Shown here piece after piece: positions 56,988-64,000 of a stretch of 64,000 bases of DNA. Position numbers and translations under genes: made by a program. Below the pieces are notes generated by a model. That model was given only the letters and a program-made list of their open reading frames with translations, did not search any database and was not told the origin of the DNA. The first letter of the stretch is position 1. Each line of letters starts with the position of its first letter. Source of the stretch: a virus; the IMG/VR virus record IMGVR_UViG_2919155634_000002, positions 4,411 to 68,410 of that record; one strand, given 5' to 3'.

Positions 56988-57839
56988 ATGCCTGTCGGAT
57001 TCCAGGCTTTCAAAGAAGACGGCACGCTCCTTTTTGATATCGACCGAATTTCCTACGGCTTGTTGAAAAGTGGATATTTGGACTTGGTGGACAGGTGGGG
57101 GCGTTATACTTTGCGGTCTCTCAACCTGCCGCCAAATGAAGAAGGTAGTTATTCATACACGCGCCTGATTGATCCCATATGCGGAATCACCGTCACTGGT
57201 GCTGTCTCGCCGATCGTTTTCCTTGTCGGCGATGGCAAGCCCTGTGGTGAATCGGTTAGCGGCAATGTCCGAACGCTGTACTTCAAAGGCTGCAGCCCGA
57301 ATACCAAGGCCTATATCTTCGACCTGATGCGCGACGTGGGCGAGAGGACGGGCATGGAGTGCTATGACGCTGCAGGTCGTATCAGTTTTACAACCGGAAT
57401 GCCGCCGCTAAATATCATCGCGGCTGTGGATCCTCCTCCAATCAACGCACCGGCCTATCCCGGCTCAGACCTGCGATTCACTCCCTATTCGGGCGGGGGT
57501 AACGAAGCGTCAGGTAGGGAATGGGCAAGCACTGACTACCCGCAGCCAAAAGGAGCTGTGTTTGTTCCAGTAGCGTCTGGTGAGCTTGCAGCCTATCTGA
57601 CGGTCTCCAGGATTTGCATGTTGGCTGAAGGTTACACGCTAGGAGAAGGCGCAAGCGTGAGCGCGAATGAAGGGTGTGGTGGCGCCTCTGGTGGCGTCAG
57701 ATTCTTCTTCAGTCCTGCCGTTGCAACTATCTCTCAACACAGCGGTGCACGAGACACAACTTGGTCAGATATTCCGACTGACCGCCAACCTCAAGCGCTT
57801 GTAATTCGAGCGAGCGACTACCCATTTCCATTTAGATAA
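56988..57839 (+). CDS. Tail-associated protein
   Basis: AGGAGG RBS; MPVGFQAFKEDGTLLFD, related N-terminus to the preceding gene. Confidence 0.7.
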   Translation: MPVGFQAFKEDGTLLFDIDRISYGLLKSGYLDLVDRWGRYTLRSLNLPPNEEGSYSYTRLIDPICGITVTGAVSPIVFLVGDGKPCGESVSGNVRTLYFKGCSPNTKAYIFDLMRDVGERTGMECYDAAGRISFTTGMPPLNIIAAVDPPPINAPAYPGSDLRFTPYSGGGNEASGREWASTDYPQPKGAVFVPVASGELAAYLTVSRICMLAEGYTLGEGASVSANEGCGGASGGVRFFFSPAVATISQHSGARDTTWSDIPTDRQPQALVIRASDYPFPFR

Positions 57840-57856
57840 CCAAAGAGGAAACACCC

Positions 57857-58078
57857 ATGCCCTATGTAGCTATCAACCTGGCCAATGACTACGACTCGGC
57901 CAACAAAACCCGCTATGCCACTCAGGAAGAAGCCGACGCCCGCGCTCGCGAGATCCTGAACCAGTTTCCGACCGCGCAGGTTTGCGTGGCCCAGGTACTG
58001 AAGGACTACAGCGCCAAGGTATCGATCACGGCGAAGGAACCCGCAGCGGCGCCGGAGCCGGAAGCCCCGGCCGCCTAA
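57857..58078 (+). CDS. Small hypothetical protein
   Basis: GAGG RBS; followed by a terminator-like gcccgc/gcgggc + T-run. Confidence 0.65.
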   Translation: MPYVAINLANDYDSANKTRYATQEEADARAREILNQFPTAQVCVAQVLKDYSAKVSITAKEPAAAPEPEAPAA

Positions 58079-58135
58079 TCGGCCTCGTTCGACTCCAGCC
58101 CGCCCAGCGCGGGCTTTTTTTCGCCTGGAGAAAAA

Positions 58136-58624
58136 ATGGCCAGACTCACCGAATCCCAGGCCGGAGGTGCAAACGTGCTCCGGTTCCTGGACCTGATCGC
58201 CTTCTCGGAAGGCACATCAACTGTCAAAGCCAGCGACGACGGCTACAACGTCTTGTACGGCGGCGGTTTGTTCCAAGGCTACGCCGACCATCCCCGACGC
58301 AAGCTGACGTTCCCCATCAACGGCAAGAACGTCACCAGCACGGCTGCCGGGCGGTACCAGCTGCTGGAACGCTACTGGGACGCCTACCGGGTCAGCCTCC
58401 GACTGTCTGGTGGATTCACACCGGAGAACCAAGATCGCATAGCCCTGCAGCAGATCCGGGAACGGCGCGCGCTGGATGACATCAAGGCTGGACGCATCCA
58501 GCAAGCAATCGCCAAGTGCTCGAACATCTGGGCCTCGCTGCCAGGAAACAGTTATGGACAAAATCCCCATCGCCTCGAAAAGCTTCTGGGGCGGTGGGTT
58601 GAGCTGGGCGGGGCCCTGGCGTGA
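58136..58624 (+). CDS. Endolysin, lambda-R-like lytic transglycosylase
   Basis: FLDLIAFSEG, STAAGRYQLL, IWASLPG. Confidence 0.92.
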   Translation: MARLTESQAGGANVLRFLDLIAFSEGTSTVKASDDGYNVLYGGGLFQGYADHPRRKLTFPINGKNVTSTAAGRYQLLERYWDAYRVSLRLSGGFTPENQDRIALQQIRERRALDDIKAGRIQQAIAKCSNIWASLPGNSYGQNPHRLEKLLGRWVELGGALA

Positions 58625-59148
58625 GCCCCTGGGTCGGTCTGGCGGCTGGCTTGGTCCTGGTGGCCAGCCACTGGGCAGCCTACGAGCACGGCCGGAGTGT
58701 AGAACAGGCGCAGGCTGGCCAAGTCTCGGCCCAGCGCGATAGCGGCGACCGTCTTGCCGAGGTGCTCGGTGAGCGCGGCGCCCGTCAGCAGGAACATCAA
58801 CGCGCCCAAGCGCAGGAGGAGGCGAGAGCCCATGGTCATGAGGAAAGATCGATTGCGAATGCTGGCGCTGTTGATGCCGATGCTTCTGGTCAGCGGTTGC
58901 GCGACGAAGGCGCCAAGTTCGCCGCCGCCGTCAGTTGCCCCGGCACGGATACCGCCGCTGTCGCCCGAGGCCAGGCAGCCACCCGCGCCGCCATGGTGCT
59001 CTCCGACCTGCTCACACGGTCTGTCGAAACGAATCGAGAGCTGGCGAAAGCTTATGACGAATCCCGAATAGCAGGCGATCAGTGCCGGCGAGAGTATGAT
59101 GGAATGACGCAGGATGGTCGCCGTGAAGGGTCCCTTAGCGCGCGCTAA
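58621..59148 (+). CDS. Rz-like i-spanin (DUF2514-like)
   Basis: N-terminal TM + coiled coil after the endolysin. Confidence 0.8.
   Translation: MSPWVGLAAGLVLVASHWAAYEHGRSVEQAQAGQVSAQRDSGDRLAEVLGERGARQQEHQRAQAQEEARAHGHEERSIANAGAVDADASGQRLRDEGAKFAAAVSCPGTDTAAVARGQAATRAAMVLSDLLTRSVETNRELAKAYDESRIAGDQCRREYDGMTQDGRREGSLSAR
58838..59071 (+). CDS. Rz1-like o-spanin lipoprotein embedded in Rz
   Basis: Out-of-frame ORF with lipobox VSGC and Pro-rich body; start codon uncertain. Confidence 0.7.
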   Translation: MRKDRLRMLALLMPMLLVSGCATKAPSSPPPSVAPARIPPLSPEARQPPAPPWCSPTCSHGLSKRIESWRKLMTNPE

Positions 59149-59587
59149 TCCGGGTAGAACCTGGCGGCGGTTCGTTGAGGAATACCCAAAATGCACCCAA
59201 TTGGGTAACGGCCGCCACGAATTCCTTGAAGTCGACCGGCTTCACGATGAACGAATTTGCTCCTAGCTCATACGCGCGAGTAAGATCGGATCCCATCTTT
59301 GAGCTCGTCAGCATCGCTACAGGGATCGTGCGGAGGTGTTCAATCGCCCGTAGTGTTTCCAAAACTTCAAGCCCATCCATCTTGGGCAGCTTAAGATCCA
59401 GCAGAACTACAGCTGGATTCGCCGCGGGCCTATCTGCGAACCTCTCTCGGCGAAGCAGATAATCAAGCGCTTCCACTCCATCCCGGGCGACTACAACCTC
59501 ATGCGCTAATTGGCTGCGCTCGAGCGCGATGAGAATGAGGTCAAGGTCGCGCTCGTCATCTTCGACGAGCAATATTGGTTTAAGCAT
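59135..59587 (-). CDS. Single-domain response regulator (Rcp1-like receiver)
   Basis: ILLVEDD, LLDLKLP, MLTSS, FIVKP. Confidence 0.88.
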   Translation of the reverse strand: MLKPILLVEDDERDLDLILIALERSQLAHEVVVARDGVEALDYLLRRERFADRPAANPAVVLLDLKLPKMDGLEVLETLRAIEHLRTIPVAMLTSSKMGSDLTRAYELGANSFIVKPVDFKEFVAAVTQLGAFWVFLNEPPPGSTRISAR

Positions 59588-59769
59588 AACGGCGTCTGAT
59601 GTTTATGCGTGCATGCTACCAGTCCTTCGTCTTCGAATGGCAAATACACGATGCTTGATACTCTCACTGAGTGTGGCTAACCCAGGCAGCGGCGCTTGAG
59701 CCAAGCCGCGTTGCGGGCCGGGGCCTGCGAGTCTGTCTATAATGCCCTGACCAATTAAGGGTATCCCCG

Positions 59770-59994
59770 ATGGACAAGGATGAATTCGCCGATGCCATTG
59801 AGGCAGGCGAACCGCTCATCAAGCAGTCGATGGAAGCTCTCAAGCGGTATTGGGAGGCTAGGGACTACGGCGCTCCGGCCGAGGAGGTGGAGTGGCTGAG
59901 GCTCCATTCTGAATCCTTGGCACAGGTCGTGTATGACTATCAGCTCAGTACAGTCTTCAGGCTAATGGGCCATAAAATAACCCCGGGGCACTAA
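59770..59994 (+). CDS. Small hypothetical protein, copy 1
   Basis: Near-duplicate of 61264-61488 including upstream TCTGTCTATAATGCCCTGACCAA. Confidence 0.75.
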   Translation: MDKDEFADAIEAGEPLIKQSMEALKRYWEARDYGAPAEEVEWLRLHSESLAQVVYDYQLSTVFRLMGHKITPGH

Positions 59995-60115
59995 CGTTCA
60001 TCGTTTAATGGCCCCTGATGCAAGAGTCCTTGAAGCTGATTAACCACCTTAGCTCCTGCAGGCGGTGCCCATGGGGAGCCGAACACAATTTCTGTATATA
60101 TCGTTGACCGTTGGG

Positions 60116-60493
60116 TCATTTTGACAAGTGGAAATCAACTAGCGCGTAAAAGTCTTCCAGTGACCATGGTTTAGACATAAAGCTAGCGCCGGGAGGTAAG
60201 GGGTGGCCCATTGCATTGTGATACCCGCTCATCACGATCACCTGAATTTTTGGTTGAAGCTCGATCGCGGCGCTTGCTAATTCAATTCCGTTGCTCCGGC
60301 CAGGTGTCTGGACATCAGTGATGATCAATTCCCAGGCCTGACTCTGCAATGCCAGGAATCCCTCATCGGCTGTGGCTACCATGGTGACCGCCACTGGAAG
60401 ATCTTCCAGCATAGTTTCGAGCATCACTCGGATCGCAGGCTCGTCCTCTACAACGAGTATAGAACGAACTGGGCGGAGAGTTTGGTCATTCAT
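60116..60493 (-). CDS. Single-domain response regulator (receiver)
   Basis: ILVVEDE, IITDVQTPG, VMSG, MSKP. Confidence 0.85.
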   Translation of the reverse strand: MNDQTLRPVRSILVVEDEPAIRVMLETMLEDLPVAVTMVATADEGFLALQSQAWELIITDVQTPGRSNGIELASAAIELQPKIQVIVMSGYHNAMGHPLPPGASFMSKPWSLEDFYALVDFHLSK

Positions 60494-60804
60494 ACAGGGC
60501 TCGCAACGAGCGCGCATCCGAAAATAGCCGATAATGGCGCGCAGTCTACAGGGTAGAGATGATGTGCGACACCCTCTCGGTCGCGCAGCTCTCCAGCCGT
60601 TTCATCCTTATTTACAATTCTGGCTGAGCGGTGTCTGATACGACCACGATTTGAACTCATCCGTCCAAGGCGTCTATAGCGGCCCGTGAGCTGCTGTTCA
60701 GGGCTTTCTTGCCACCTATGGTGCATGGCGCTACTGTGCAAACGACAGACGGAAATTGGGGGCGTGAGGCGGCACTTGACCGCAGTAGTGTAAGGCTAAG
60801 CGAC

Positions 60805-60946
60805 CTGCAAGCGTATGTGCCATGAGCACGGTGTTCTGGTTCTCCGTTCGGAGGGCCCCAAGTACCCATCGCGGTACATCATGGAGGGGGGGACGTTCGA
60901 GGTGTGGGGTGTGGTCCGGTTCAGCGTCCGGGACCACGATCGCTGA
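60805..60946 (+). pseudogene. Degenerate 3' fragment of a umuD-like gene
   Basis: Aligns by eye with 61785-61922, with small indels. Confidence 0.8.
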
Positions 60947-61085
60947 CAGAAGCGTGGGAGTCGTGGGGGAAATTTGGGGGAATGAATCCCCCGGATGGTG
61001 TGGAGTGCTGTTGCGTTAACCTATGTTGAAGCTGCTGATTTTATTGGGTTTTACGATTTTCTCGTAAATTTAATTGCGGCCAAAA

Positions 61086-61106
61086 ACGGATTCGAAATCC
61101 GTTGTA
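61086..61106 (+). other. att-like site matching a tRNA-Ser(CGA) anticodon arm
   Basis: ACGGA-TTCGAAA-TCCGT-TGTA; tandem TGGGGGAA arm-like repeats at 60964-60982. The tRNA match is from recall and unverified. Confidence 0.5.
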
Positions 61107-61263
61107 ATCGTACGAAGATAGCCCAAAACCCCCAGGCGCGGGGATTACTTGCTTGACACTGGCCGGATATGGGTAGATCTAGCAGCGGCGCCTGGGCGAC
61201 GCTGACGATCGGGATTCACCTACGAATCTGTCTATAATGCCCTGACCAAATAAGGGTATCCCG

Positions 61264-61488
61264 ATGGACAAGGATGAATTTGCCGATGCCGTTAAGTCAG
61301 GCGAACCGCTCATCGCGCAGTCGATGGAAGCTCTCAAACGGTACTGGGAAGCCAGGGATTATGGCGCGCCGGCCGAGGAGGTAGAGCGCCTGCGACTCCA
61401 TTCCGAGTCCTTGGCCCAGGCGGTTTCTGACTACCAGCTTCGCACCGTCTCCAAGCTGATGGGCAACAAACTGCCCCCTACGCACTAG
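61264..61488 (+). CDS. Small hypothetical protein, copy 2
   Basis: MDKDEFADAVKSGEPL..., see copy 1. Confidence 0.75.
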   Translation: MDKDEFADAVKSGEPLIAQSMEALKRYWEARDYGAPAEEVERLRLHSESLAQAVSDYQLRTVSKLMGNKLPPTH

Positions 61489-61538
61489 CGCATCCCACTT
61501 GTCGGCAGTTGCCGGCCCCATTGCAGGTCACTACCATA

Positions 61539-61554
61539 CTGTTCATTCATACAG
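61539..61554 (+). promoter_or_regulatory. LexA (SOS) box
   Basis: TACTGTTCATTCATACAGTA, 15 nt upstream of the umuD-like ATG. Confidence 0.85.
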
Positions 61555-61569
61555 TATGGGGCCCCGCCA

Positions 61570-61935
61570 ATGAACACCTCTCTTGACTTCGAAATCGACG
61601 ACATGCCCCAGCTCAGCCTGGACGATCTGATGCAGGTGCGTGCGCCCTGGACCTACCTGGTCAAGATCGAAGGCGAGAGCATGCAGGGTATTGGAATGTA
61701 TTCCGGCGATCTGCTGGTCGTTGATCGAAGCGTCGAGGCCAAGCACGGCGACATCGTGATCGCGGCGGTGAACGGCGAACCGGTCTGCAAGCGCATGTGC
61801 CATGAGCACGGTGTGCTGGTCTTACGGTCGGAGAACCCAAAGTACCCCTCGCGGTACATCATGGAGGCCGATACGTTCGAGGTGTGGGGTGTCGTCCGGT
61901 TCAGCGTCCGGGATCACGACCGTGTATCAGGGTAG
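61570..61935 (+). CDS. umuD: UmuD'-like S24 protein
   Basis: GESM, GDLLVVDRS, CKR; no Ala-Gly cleavage site; no umuC downstream. Confidence 0.8.
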   Translation: MNTSLDFEIDDMPQLSLDDLMQVRAPWTYLVKIEGESMQGIGMYSGDLLVVDRSVEAKHGDIVIAAVNGEPVCKRMCHEHGVLVLRSENPKYPSRYIMEADTFEVWGVVRFSVRDHDRVSG

Positions 61936-62302
61936 GGTAGGATTCGGCAGAACGCCGGAGGAGTGTGGCCAGGCTGTCTAATACTGCCGTGAGGGACCGC
62001 GCTTTTACTAAGCGACCAGGGGCAGCCGCTGTGGGGCAGCGTCCCGCAGCCGAGTGCTCTCTGAAGTATTACGCGATAATGTCCATCAATTGAGAGAAAC
62101 AGGCCAGGGATGAGAACAGCTCAGCGCGGACGCTGGAGTGCACAGCCATTGTGCCGCGACCTCAACCAAGAGATCCCACCGTCCGCCCATTCATGCGATT
62201 TGTGCAATTCGAATCTTCCCCTGCGCTAGCCAATCAGCTAGCTTTGACAATGGCAAGGATTTAGTTTTTTGGGTTCGCGAGAAAAAATTAAAAGGGACAG
62301 GT

Positions 62303-64000
62303 ATGCCGAGTAGAACTACAGTCGAGATCCTTAGGTCGCATCAACAATTAGTTCTCAGCGATGCGAACGAGGCATCTACGAGGCTCAAGCTAATTGACAA
62401 GGTGTTAAGAGACATACTTGGATGGTCCGACGAAGATATCTCGCCTGAAGAGCATGTTACCGAAGATGGCGGGACTACTTACTCCGATTATATCTTGCGT
62501 ACCGCCAACACTGCCATCGTGGTCGAGGCCAAGAAAGTCGGCGCCTCATTCACAGCGGAGCCAGGGCAGCGACGAGTAAAATTATCTAATCAATTCTTGC
62601 AAAGTGCATTGGGCGAGGCAATCATCCAGGCTCGGGATTATGCCAGAAAATTTGGAATAGATTATGCCGTCGCAACTAATGGTTCTATATGGGCTATTTT
62701 CCCCGCGCAACGCCACGATCAAGTAAAATTTAACGATTCTACAGCACAGGTGTTCTGGTCATTACAAGATGCTCTTAATGATAGCTATCAAGAATTTCAT
62801 GACTTGCTGGCTAGAAACTCAGTTATTTCCGGAAGCTTAGAGGCTACCCTGCTCGGCCGAGTGGGTAATCAAATTGAGAACAGAAAGCTGGGAAGTTTTT
62901 TCTCTACAAATGCTAGAGGTGCACGGCACAACCCTATATTCCCTCTAATCGAAGAGGAAGTAGGCACGGCATTTTCAGACTCCATCGTTTTGCTAGACCG
63001 TGATTCATTTGAACGCTGCTATGTTTCCGCCCCGGAAACTTTGAAGTTCGACCATAAGATAAGAATGAATGTTTCGCGACGGTCTCCTGTGGTAGCCGGC
63101 TCTGTGTTGCGGGCGATGAAAGATACTGATGCCCAAGTTTTGATAAAAAAGTTTCAGCGCAGTGGGCGGAGAGAAATAAAAACAGTAGATGCCAAGCCCC
63201 TCGCAATCTTGTTGCTTGGGACTGTTGGCGCAGGGAAAACAACATTTCTTCACTATATGAGGAAGGTCAGAATTAGTGAGTTATTTGAAAATGCAGACGA
63301 GCTAAGTTGCCCTCACTGGCTGCACCTCGACTTCTTAAGTGCATCAGGAAATCTCTCCGCCAGCGATTTTATCTATAGATCACTACTGACATACATAAAT
63401 AAAAATAAACACTTAAAGGGGGCGAGTTTCGTTAAGGCAGCATACCAAGAAGAGATCGATGCTCTCCGGTCAGGGCCACTTTCAATGGCCTCTCCTGGCA
63501 GAGTAGATGACCTTATTGCCGACGTAATTATGGAAGACTATAAAAAAGTAGTTCCTTACGTTGACAAGCTCTTGAAGCATGCGACTGCCAATTCACCATT
63601 TTTCTTGATAATAGACAACGTAGATCAAATTGAAGACGACGACATTCAGTCGAAGCTATTCACCGAGTCATTGGCAATCGCGCGCTTACTCTCCATCAAT
63701 TTAGTGCTCTGTCTAAGGCAGTCGACGTTTGCAAGACACCGAAACTCACCCGCAATTGACGCGTTTGACTTCGAGACAGTTCAAATAGATCCACCACGAA
63801 TTAGTACGGTTCTTTCTAAGCGGTTTGCACTTGTTAAGTACATGACCCACAATAAAAAAGGCGAATTTATTGCAGAAAATGGTGCCAAAGTTCGGCTAGA
63901 GGATTCTTCTCTAATTATTGATTTGCTTCAAGGTTCTGTATTGGGGACGGAGATCGGTAATCGCATAGAAGTTCTTGCGACTGAAGATGTCAGGTTGGCA
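62303..64000 (+). CDS. PD-(D/E)xK (HsdR_N-like) nuclease fused to a P-loop NTPase; 3' truncated by window edge
   Basis: Hand-translated, open for 566 codons: NEASTR..ID..LGW, DY, VEAKK, Q..DYA, TNG..W; Walker A GTVGAGKT, Walker B FLIIDNVD; AT-rich. Confidence 0.8.
   Translation, partial: MPSRTTVEILRSHQQLVLSDANEASTRLKLIDKVLRDILGWSDEDISPEEHVTEDGGTTYSDYILRTANTAIVVEAKKVGASFTAEPGQRRVKLSNQFLQSALGEAIIQARDYARKFGIDYAVATNGSIWAIFPAQRHDQVKFNDSTAQVFWSLQDALNDSYQEFHDLLARNSVISGSLEATLLGRVGNQIENRKLGSFFSTNARGARHNPIFPLIEEEVGTAFSDSIVLLDRDSFERCYVSAPETLKFDHKIRMNVSRRSPVVAGSVLRAMKDTDAQVLIKKFQRSGRREIKTVDAKPLAILLLGTVGAGKTTFLHYMRKVRISELFENADELSCPHWLHLDFLSASGNLSASDFIYRSLLTYINKNKHLKGASFVKAAYQEEIDALRSGPLSMASPGRVDDLIADVIMEDYKKVVPYVDKLLKHATANSPFFLIIDNVDQIEDDDIQSKLFTESLAIARLLSINLVLCLRQSTFARHRNSPAIDAFDFETVQIDPPRISTVLSKRFALVKYMTHNKKGEFIAENGAKVRLEDSSLIIDLLQGSVLGTEIGNRIEVLATEDVRLA

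Larger units (their letters stand above)
1..61106. mobile_element. Lambdoid prophage (HK97-like head, siphovirus tail); left end outside window, right end tentative
   Basis: Canonical order: early-left genes, cI/cro switch, replication, nin region, Q, holin-like, HNH, cos, terS/terL, portal, protease, capsid, head-tail, tail, endolysin/spanins. Right boundary is inferred from the att-like site at 61086-61106. Confidence 0.95.

Noticed and set aside
61086-61106. tRNA gene
   Set aside because: Only an anticodon-arm-like hairpin; no D-arm, T-arm or acceptor stem in the flanks.

Overview
The window is almost entirely a lambdoid Pseudomonas-type prophage with an HK97-like head and a long non-contractile tail. 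Its left end and integrase lie outside the window; a candidate right end is at about 61.1 kb. The main observation is a 14,137-bp phage satellite (PICI/P4-like, 22104-36250) integrated into the helper's own terminase large-subunit gene, inside the Walker A codons (SKKN|GKST). Precise excision would restore an intact in-frame terL of 563 codons. The satellite has the usual core: P4-like integrase, AlpA, c4-type RNA/Icd, Zn-primase-like protein and AAA helicase. It also carries sequences that match the helper: an exact 37-bp copy of the putative cos core with the same TGTTAAA/TTTAACA flanking repeats, two copies of the helper's replication iterons (22-bp exact match, same 22-bp period), a paralog of the helper's nin-region tyrosine recombinase, and a fused homolog of a 43-aa helper ORF. 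Further cargo is a lone HK97-type capsid protein, two different lambda-gpI-like tail assembly proteins that the helper lacks, and a Gabija (OLD nuclease + UvrD helicase) defence pair. The helper carries several morons: a HEPN-like gene, CsrA, a Pro-rich microprotein plus SLATT-like 2TM gene at the rexAB position, PagL, a lipoprotein and orphan receiver domains. Its tail-tip gene is frameshifted. The right edge holds a duplicated prophage-end module and a truncated nuclease-NTPase gene. All family assignments come from motif recognition by eye; no database search was run.
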